From Eledone cirrhosa (lineage: Eukaryota): a DNA stretch of 64,000 bases. The position numbers and the translations under genes were made by a program. Of this stretch, positions 55,351-64,000 are shown piece after piece. Position 1 is the stretch's first letter; each line of letters opens with the position of its first letter. A model generated the notes under the pieces. It was not told where the DNA came from. It searched no databases and was given only the letters and a program-made list of their open reading frames with translations. The stretch spans positions 30,318,001 to 30,382,000 of the forward strand of contig OZ024747.1 of assembly GCA_964016885.1 (NCBI GenBank), in the 5' to 3' direction.

Positions 55351-57254
55351 CTACCTTTCCGCTTCCCGGGGTTCGGGTTGCACGACTTCCATGGGGTCGG
55401 GGGTGTTGGGTGAAGGGGTGTCTCGTGGTGGTGTGGGGTCGTCAGTGTGTGGTGGGGTTGGGGTGTTTGGAGTTGTGTTGGGGAGGGGAAGGGGAGGGGG
55501 AAAGCTTTTTAGTAGGACGCGGTTTATGGGTTTGACAGAGGGTGGTCCTACGTCCTCCTTAAAATCCTTTTTTAGTTTTTGGTAGAGGTTCATTGGGATC
55601 TTTATTAATTTTAAATGTGGGTAGTTTTCTGAAGAAACAAAGTTTACACCTTCGGTTTGTACCAAAGGATTATTGTATATGAGTTCATTTAATTTATTAT
55701 TGTTTCTGTTGATGTAAGTATAGTGTAATGTCTTTTTTTCGGATGGTGTGAGTGTTTCGAAGAGGGGAGGGGCAGGTTTGGTTTTGTTTGTTGCTGGAGG
55801 GGTGTTTTCTGTTTTGTTGGATTGTGTTGAGATTTGGGTGGGGGTTGTTTGGTCTTGTGTGTTTTGCACATGTTTTCTTTTTTTCCTTTTAATCTGTCTG
55901 AAGGACTCCGTTTCTTCCTCCGAATTCGTTGGGTTATCTTCAGTGTTGGAGGGAAGAGGTATGTTTGCTGGTAATGTTTCCGTGTTGGTTTTCTTTGTGG
56001 GGGAGATGGATGTCACTATGTTAGACTGTGTTGTGTGTTGTGTCTGCGGTGGTTGTGTTGTTTTATTGAGTGAGAGGTTGGGTGGGCCTGTATTTTGTTT
56101 TGGGGTAATGTGTTGTGACTGTTTGTGTTGTGGTGGTGGTGTGGTTTTACTGAGGGACGGGTTGGGTGGGACTGAGTTTTGTTGTTTGTTTATCTGTTGT
56201 GGTGGTGGTGGTGGAGCTGATGTTGGTAGCAGGGTTTTCTTTTTGTTGAGTTGGGGACAAGCGGCCTTCAGGTGCCCTCTGCCTGCACAGATATGGCAGG
56301 ACAGCCTTCTCCCCTCCACGCTAATGTTTATATACCCGTGGTCCTCTAATAGGATTCTGTCGGGTATTTGGGCGATGCGTTCAGGCTTCATTTGCACTAC
56401 CAGCTCTATACCTGTTCCACTGAACGCATTGCCTGTGGTTTTCCCAATGGAAATCACGTTGTCATTCACTGGATCGATGAAGCCAGCTATGAGCCAGCAG
56501 TAGTCCACATCTGGCATCATTGCATCCAGCCATATGCGTTGAGTTCTTTTACCCATATAAGATGGATAAAAGGTAAAATTTTTCGAACGAATCGGTGACA
56601 AAGCACATTTTTTTGCCGCCGATTCGTTCTTCATGATAATTGCTAGGCTTCCATACAGTCTGTCTTTTCTTATGAAAGTGGTTTCATTAAGTACTTCTGT
56701 GAGTACTGTTTTGATATCTGCTTGAGAAGGCTGTTCAGGTTTTTTTGTACTGTTGTTGATGGTCCGAAACTTGACCGTTCGGCTTTCAATGTCTTTGGTG
56801 AATTCTTGAGGCATTTTTACCGATAAAATACCATTCTCTCCTTCACTTATGTATTGTTTGGCGTCTGTGATTCTTCGTGCCACATCTGAAATATTTTCCG
56901 GTATATAAGTCAAAGATTTCTTTGTTTTCTGTGCAAATGAAATCTTGTCGTCTGCTTTGCTTTCTGTTATGGTGTTATTTTCAAATGTTATTTTTGTGTT
57001 TGTTGTGTCTTTGTTTGTGTTATTAGTATTGTCATGCAATTTTTCAAATTTTTTTTTTTTTTCGTTGTTGGAATCCATGTCCAGATTTGTGTTTTCGTCA
57101 TTTTTTTTCTCCACAGATTCGTCTGTTTTTATTTTAATTTTTCCTTCCTTCTCTATGACGTTAGTTGGGAAGGAAGGGGGGGACTAAAGCGTGCGAGCTT
57201 ACAACTCTTACCGCTGTCCCCTCCACCACTATTTTCGTTCGCTGCGTTTAACAT
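55351..57254 (-). CDS. Tx1-like ORF1 (nucleic-acid-binding, CCHC zinc knuckle, Pro/Thr/Asn-rich linker, conserved C-terminal domain)
   Basis: 587-aa ORF 55351-57114 with CHICAGRGHLKAAC. The probable ATG at 57254 would join it via a 1-nt indel in the G7 run near 57176-57182. Homologous remnants occur at 815-1450 and 61883-62980. Confidence 0.85.
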
Positions 57255-57519
57255 TTCTGTTAGACGATTGAAATCTTTTTGCCACAAAATTTTTTAAAAC
57301 AGGTTTTTCACCTCTAGGAGGGGTAAAGATGAGCTGACCCACTGCCTGACAGTTCAGACGGGGGGTCAAGCTACACAATTGTATCAAAATTAAATTTGAA
57401 CTCACAAAATTTCCGCAATAAATTTGAACAAAACTTCTGCGCGAAGTGAATTACATCCACACTGTAGAACAGACGACAGCTAGATTGATAGGTATATTGA
57501 TAGGTAGGTAGATAGATAA

Positions 57520-58170
57520 ATTTCTTTATTAGCCACAAGGGCACAAAAGAAGGGGACAAATACATATGGGGAGTTTACATACAGGTATATGAAAATAAAA
57601 CTAGTAATAAAACAACAAATAACAATTGAAATCCCCAATAGGGGGGGGGGTTACACAGGGGTTGTACACACCTCGAAAAAAATGTACAACCCTCATCTTC
57701 AGGAGCACCAAGAGTGAGTACTCCTTTCCTCTTTTTCCTCAACCTACAGGCTTATATAGAGAGAAGGCCCAACCACTCGGGCCATCTTTGCCACATTCAC
57801 CCACCTTTCATAAAATTTGCTGGGGTACAGCACCTCTCTCTCCATCCTGATTCTTCTTCCAAAATGATATTTGAAAAAACAAATCAGTTGTTCGCCGGAG
57901 AGAAAGGTATCTGACCTCACCCCTTTTAACCTCGTCCACCATATAACCTCTTTCACCATAACCATAACACATAGGAAAACCGCCTCTCCTTCGTTTTTAA
58001 AGGAGGGTGGCGGTTTGATAATGACAATGGACTTGGTGGTCAACTGGATTGGTCCCACCCGCGACAATAGTCGTTCTACATAGCCCCACAGGTCGGTAAC
58101 GCCCGGGCAGTGTACAAATGAGTGCGCAAGAGTTTCGTCTTCGCGCATGCATCTTGGACAGATCTTTTTC
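57520..58170 (-). mobile_element. 5'-truncated 3' fragment of family B Tx1-like LINE
   Basis: ORF 57744-58148 (REDETLAHSFVHC...WWTRLKG) is the ORF2 C-terminus. Same 3'UTR, with TA/GATA flanks. Confidence 0.9.
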
Positions 58171-58203
58171 GAATATATATATATATATAGGTAGGTAGAT
58201 ATA

Positions 58204-61200
58204 TTTCTTTATTTGCCACAAGGGCGCAAAAGATGGGGACAAATACAATTGGGGAGTTTACATACATGGCGTGTAAAAATGTATAACAAAAATAATGAAT
58301 AAAACAAACGAAATCCCCAATAGCGGGAAGGCGTTACACACCCCCCAAAAAATGTACAACCCTCATCTCCAGGAGTATGAAGAGCGAGCACTCCTCTCCT
58401 CTCTTCCTCTTCTTCCTCGACCTACAGGCTTATATAAAAAGAAGGCCCAAGCACTCGGGCCATCCTTACCACATTCACCCACCCTTCGTAAAATTTGCTG
58501 GGGTGCAGCACCTCACTCTCCACTCTGATTCTTCTTCTAAAATTATATTTGAAGAAGCGAGCCAGTTGTTCGCCGGAGAGAAAGGTGTCTGACCTCAGCC
58601 CTTTCAGTCTCGTCCACCATATAGCCTCTTTCACCATAGCCATTACACAGAGGAAAACCGCATCTCCTTTGTTTTTGAAAGAAGGTGGCGGTTTGATTGC
58701 AATAATGGACTCGGTGCTCATCCGGATTTGTCCCACCCATGACAGTAGTCATTCTGCATAACTCCACAGGTCGGTAACACCCGAGCAGTGTACGAATGCA
58801 TGCAGGATGGTTTCCTCGTCCCGCACGCATCTCAGACAGATCTTTTTCGAGGGATCCCTGCTCTGTAGAGCTTTTCTCGAACGGGTAGAGCTCCTCGGTA
58901 GCACTACCAGCTCAGGGACTTTTGGAAGTTGTCCATCGGTCCCGGGCAGAAGGTCCTACCGAACAGACTGGCCAGTTCATCTTCCTATACGCCTAGAATT
59001 TCTCCGAGAGCGTTGTCGCAATTGCTGCGCACCAACCCTCTATAGAATGACGAAGTGGAGTCTCCACTGACTGCCGAGTCCGTTTGCCAGAGGACTGTTA
59101 ACGCCTGAGCACATTCAATGTGCCAGTCGCCCATTTTCATCGGTCTTTGCTTGACCCAGACTGCAGCTCGGTCAGCGAGACGAGTCACGGGAAGGCTCGC
59201 CTCATGAAAGGGGCCCACACCGGTTGTTCGGTGAGGAATACATGGAGGTGGTGCAGCCTGAGTGCGTGTTTGTGCATCGTCAGCCACAGCATCTCCAGCC
59301 CTCCGTTTGAAGGGTGTTGACAGCAGATGGATCTTCTCACCAAAGAAGCCCGCTCCTTCCAAAAGAATTGGAAGAGCGCGCGCTCCATTTTGGTGAGCGT
59401 TTTACTTGGACAAGGCACGACGGTCAAGCGGTAGTAGATGATGGATGCTATGAAAGCGTTCGCCAACTCGGCTCGACCTTTCAAGGATAGTTTGCACTCG
59501 GCCCATTTGTGGGCGAGTGCAAACACCTTGGCCGTCACTTCGTTCCAGTTTTTCTCCACCTGGAGGTCCGGTCCGAACCAGAACCCGAGGAGCTTCACTG
59601 GTCCTTCCATCCAGCGTCCGATGACACTGTCGGAAGGTATCAGAATGCCTCTCCACCATCCGAGTTGCAAACCGACGGACTTGTACCAGTTCAGCTTCAC
59701 TCCTGTGAACCTTTTGTATTCCTTCAGTAAGGTGCCGACCTCCCCGATTTGTGAGGTGCTCGACACCATTACTGTCACATCGTCAGCATAAGCCGACACC
59801 ACTTTTCGCAATCCCGGTTCCAACAGGATGCCCTGCAGTAGCTCCAACTTCCGCAGTAGTGGCTCGAGAGTCAGTACGTACAGAAGGGAGGAGAGAGGGC
59901 ATCCCTGTCTGATAGATCGCATGATTTGGAACAGCTCCAAGAGGTAGCCATTCACCTTGACCCATGAGCAGATGTTGCTGCTGTGCATGGCAGCAATCCA
60001 GCCCCTGAACACAGGTCCAAAGCCTGCCGCCGCCAGCACCGCATCCATGTAACGATGGTTGACCCTATCGAATGACTTAGACAGATCCAAATTTATCAGT
60101 GCTCCACTGAAGCCGGGTTCACACCCTACCCTCTCTACGATATATCACATGAGGTGGAGGTTGTTGTGTATGGACCTGATTGGGATTGTGCATGTCTGCG
60201 CTTCTCCCACCAGGTTTTCGACGACAAGCACCAGCCTCTTTGCTAACACCTTAGCCAAAATCTGTAACTCTGTGTTTAGCAGAGTTATGGGCCTGAAGTT
60301 ATTAATGTCGTCCCCCTTGTTCTCGTCCTTCCTGACCAGCATGACTATGCCCTTGGTCACAGAACTGGGAATTCTCCCGTTCTGTGCCAGTTGCAGTAGA
60401 CCGCTTCGAGGAGACCGGAGAACAAGTCTGGCATTGCTACGTAGAATTCATAGGGTAGACCGTCGAGACCTGGTGATTTGCATTTGATGCATTGGCTCAG
60501 CGCGTCCCCTATCTCAGCAGCCGAAATCAGCCTTTTGCAGAACTTCGCCTCCCCGTCCAAGAGTCGCAGCAGACCGTCGAGGTATGGACCAAAATCCATA
60601 GCCCCTCCCGGCGCGCCATACTGCCCCGAATAGTTGTGCAAAGTGCCACTGAAAGGCCGCACACATTTGCTCCGGCTTAAGTATCACACGTCCGTCTTGG
60701 TCCTTCAAAGACCGAATCGTGGACTTGTTGCCACTTTTCGCCTCTGTCACTTGGGCCCAGCTAAAGCTTGGGCCTCATTTTCCAGAGCACGTGTTTTACT
60801 CCTGACAACGCAGCCTATGTGCTTTGCGTCGAAGAACTGGTTCAGGGCCGTTCTTGTCACTAGCACGTTAGCTACGCTGCCACTCCTATTCGCCTCTTCT
60901 ACTTTAACTACTAGTTCCTTTTCAGTCTTATTCCTATCTAATGCTAGTTCTTTACTAAAGCCTATCGATTCTAATCTAATTGCTCTCTTAAGAGAGCACC
61001 ACCATCTGTTGTTGACAATTGCCCCCGTCAACTGCTGCTTAACTAAAGTGCTAATCCGACTACTGTATGCTTTACGTGTCAGTAACGACACGTTTAGCTT
61101 CCAATAGCCTGGTCCCTGCCTATGGGTTCTATCAAGGTTGACTATGCAGGTCACTAGTTTGTGATCTGAATAGGCAACCATGAACATGTGTGGACAGCTT

Positions 61201-62982
61201 AATATGTCCCTATCCCTATCTCTAATTAGAAACTTATCTAAGTACGATTTAGATGTCCTGCTGCGGTTCGTCCACGTCCACAGTGGCGCAGTTGGGAAAT
61301 TTAGTCGGTATCTATCGGCCAGTTGAAATCGGCCGATTAACTATTTGAGGCTGTTACACCCCCCCTCTATCGGGACATGCTCCCACATAATTCCAACGTG
61401 CATCTAGGATTCTATTCCAGTCCCCCACTAAAAGCAAGGAGTGGGACGTTCCCAGAAAAGTCTCCAGACGTTTGAAGAAGTCTGGCCGCGATGTCCCAGA
61501 TGGGGCATATACGGCCACCAGTCTGAAGGCTCCACCTTCACTACTGCTGACAGCTAGGACCACTAGTTGACCCTCCGGCTCCAGATGTATTGTCTGTGTT
61601 ATGAGGTCCAGGTGTTGCCGCAGCAAAACGGCAACCCCGCCCCCACCTTCTGGCTGACAGAGAGATGCGTAGATCTCAAAATCGTCGAAGATGGGGTCTG
61701 TTGCCGCTCGCTGTGGATTCTGGACTCGCAAATGACTGCCACATCCATACTGTGCGACCTGAGGTTGTTTAAGAGTTTTCCCTATTTCCAGGGCATCTCC
61801 AGGCTGCGCACATTCACACATCCGACTCTTATATTGGCCATGCTGGTGAGGAAGAGTTAGAAAAGAAGAGGAAAGAATTCACTTACCTCCTTGCTTCCTG
61901 GAGACCAGGTTGCACAATGTCCATGGGGGTGTTGGAGGGGTTGTTTGGTAGCGTGATTTCTGGCAGGGTAGGGACGGAGATGTTTGGTGGGGAGTGGGTG
62001 TCAGGTGGGGTTGTGGTGTCTGGGGTGGGGGTAGGGAAACATTTCAAAAGGACGCAGTTATAGGGTTTCACGCAGTAATTACCCACATCCTTAGGAAAGT
62101 TTTCTTTTAAAGATTTGTATGTGTCCATGGGGACCCTAATCATTTTTAAATTAGGTCTTTCCAGACAGTATGAAAAAGTTTTCCCTTTGGTCTTCACTGA
62201 AGGGTTGTTGGAGATAACCTCCATTAGAGTTTTGTTTTCAGTATTTATATATGTGTATGTGTAATGTTCTTGTGTTGTGTTGGTTTTTGTTTGTTGTGCT
62301 TGCATGTGTTTTCTTTTTGTTGTAGGTGTTTGTGTTTAGAGTGTTGTCGTTGTTTTGTTTTCAGGAGGGGGCGTTTTTATTTGTGATGTTTGTGTTGTTT
62401 GTGTTGGTGGTTGTGTGTTTGTTGGCTTTTTGTTCGTGTTATGTCTTTTTTTCTTTCTTTTGGTGCAGTGATGATGAGGGGCCTCGTCCGTTGTGGCGTC
62501 TGTGTGATCGGGGAGGGGTACATTTTGGGGAGCTGTTATGCGTGTGGGTGTTTTGGGAGTTGTTTTAGGTGGGGAGGGGTTGGGTGGGACTGTTTTGGTT
62601 ATTTTTGTGTGTTGTTGTTGTTGTTGTGGTGGTGGTGGTGGTGATGGTTGTGCTGCTGTTTCAGGTGTTTGCAGCAGTGCTTTCTTTTTCAGGGTAGTTA
62701 ATTGAGGACAGGAAGCCCTCAGGTGACCACTGCTTAAACAGTGGTAACATGAAGGCCTCCTACCCTCAACAGAAATGTTTATAACCTAGACTCTGTCCAG
62801 AGGCACACGTTGTGGTATTTTAGCTATTCGTTCTGGCCTCATTTGGACCAGAACTTCCAGGCTAGTACCATTAAATATGCTCCTGGAGGACTTTCCTATT
62901 GAAATGAATGTGTCTTCATCAAAGTTGATGAAGCCACATAAAATCCACCAAATATTTACGTTTGGTTGGATGCACAGCACTC
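58204..62982 (-). mobile_element. Degenerate 5'-truncated family B Tx1-like LINE (copy 4)
   Basis: RT ORF 59185-60090 (IRQGCPLS, AYADD), EN fragments at 60747-61841, ORF1 C-terminus 61883-62305, and knuckle CYHCLSSGHLRASC near 62710-62750. It ends in a TAGA repeat. Confidence 0.92.
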
Positions 62983-63229
62983 TAGATAGGTAGATATATA
63001 TATATATAGGTAGGCAGATAGATAGATAGGTAGATAGATAGGTAGATATATAGATCGTAGATAGATACATAGAGAGATAAATACATAGATACAGGCATAT
63101 CTACACACACATGCCCATATATATCACGTAAATACATACATAGATAGATAATACATACATACAGACAAAAAAAAACACACACCACGCTGTAATGTGGCCA
63201 TGTAGGTAACATGGTAAAAAGTTCCCAGT

Positions 63230-63402
63230 CCACACTGTAAATGTGGTTGGTGTTAGGAAGGGCATCCAACCGTAGAAAACCTGCCAGATAGTCCTATACG
63301 AGCGAGACACAGTCACCCGACCAATCTTGCCTCAATTGGGACAACTCCCGTCTAACCCATGCTAGCGTGGAAAATAGATGTTAAACGATGATGATGATGA
63401 TG
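63230..63402 (+). mobile_element. SINE family 2 3' half
   Basis: gttaggaagggcatccaaccgtagaaaacc...ctaacccatgctagcgtggaaaatagatgttaaacgatgatgatg. Confidence 0.8.
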
Positions 63403-63743
63403 CCCACATATATCACATAAATGTATGCATTCAGAATCACATCATACGTTTACACACACAGTATATACATAAACAGGTAAACAGTAATATATGCACACTA
63501 CTTTATATGAGCCAGGTAAGGAATCTTTGTAGTCATACAACTTGTTAGAAATTGCAACCAGTTCTCCCTCAAAATACACTCATCCGTTTTGTAAATGATG
63601 TATATATAGGATAATGTAGTCACAAATACTCAATGTTTGAGAGAAGGATAAGATGGTCATGGCAGGAAAGCCATCAATCATATATCTACTCAGTCAAAAC
63701 TGACGTGAAGATTAAACAACAACTTTATATATATATGTATATA

Positions 63744-63990
63744 TCATCATCATCATTTTACGTCCGCTTTTCCCTGCTTGCAAGGGTGGGACGGGTCTTA
63801 TTTAGCACAGTCTTCCTTCAACTGGCATTTCCTGGCACTTCTTCACCCATCGGTCATCCTCCATGCGCATCATATGTCCATACCACTGCAGTCTCCTCTT
63901 TCGCACACTACATTCTATCTCTCTCAGACACAGTTTCACTCTCAGACACATCCATGCTGGGTCGTTCATGCACATTGACATTGCACATGG
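63744..63990 (-). mobile_element. RTE-clade LINE 3' fragment with (GAT)n tail
   Basis: Minus-strand translation includes RRLQWYGHMMRMEDDRWVKKC. The tail is cccttgcaagcagggaaaagcggacgtaaaatgatgatg. Confidence 0.78.
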
Positions 63991-64000
63991 GCTTAATAAA

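Larger units (their letters stand above)
51666..57480 (-). mobile_element. Near full-length Tx1-like (L1-clade) LINE, family B (copy 3)
   Basis: 5'UTR, ORF1, ORF2 and a 3'UTR ending AATAAAGAAA. Both ends abut GATA/GGTA repeats. Confidence 0.93.

Noticed and set aside
55318-55353. Simple stop-codon readthrough from ORF1 into ORF2 (33-nt in-frame spacer)
   Set aside because: It works only for copy 3. The other spacers are 35, 49 and 41 nt, so it is not a shared mechanism.
55748-56503. 251-aa plus-strand ORF (and other plus-strand ORFs over LINEs)
   Set aside because: It is the antisense shadow of the A/C-rich ORF1 linker or of ORF2, with no motifs of its own.

Overview
This is AT-rich, repeat-dominated eukaryotic (animal) DNA. 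The long (TA)n fields and the SINE/LINE content suggest an octopus or other coleoid cephalopod, which is an inference. The only well-supported host coding sequence is a terminal exon on the minus strand (41017-41252). It encodes a transmembrane helix and a cytoplasmic tail ending in a class I PDZ-type motif (-ISIV*). The rest is transposon-derived: five Tx1-like (L1-clade) LINE copies from two families (one near full length, ORF1+ORF2, 51.7-57.5 kb), a CRE-clade LINE, RTE and Penelope fragments, two SINE families, minimal hammerhead ribozymes, foldbacks and microsatellites. There is a 200-N gap. Three observations stand out. (1) All four Tx1 ORF1/ORF2 junctions carry a 5' splice-site consensus overlapping the ORF1 stop, then a pyrimidine tract and an in-frame AG, i.e. 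a candidate micro-intron that would fuse ORF1 to ORF2. (2) The host stop codon is UGA-CUA followed by 151 in-frame sense codons, a candidate for readthrough or A-to-I stop recoding. (3) The Tx1 families sit in different microsatellites, and one shares its 3' end with the most abundant SINE. Most ORF-track entries (poly-YI, etc.) are microsatellite artefacts. Repeat boundaries are approximate, read by eye.
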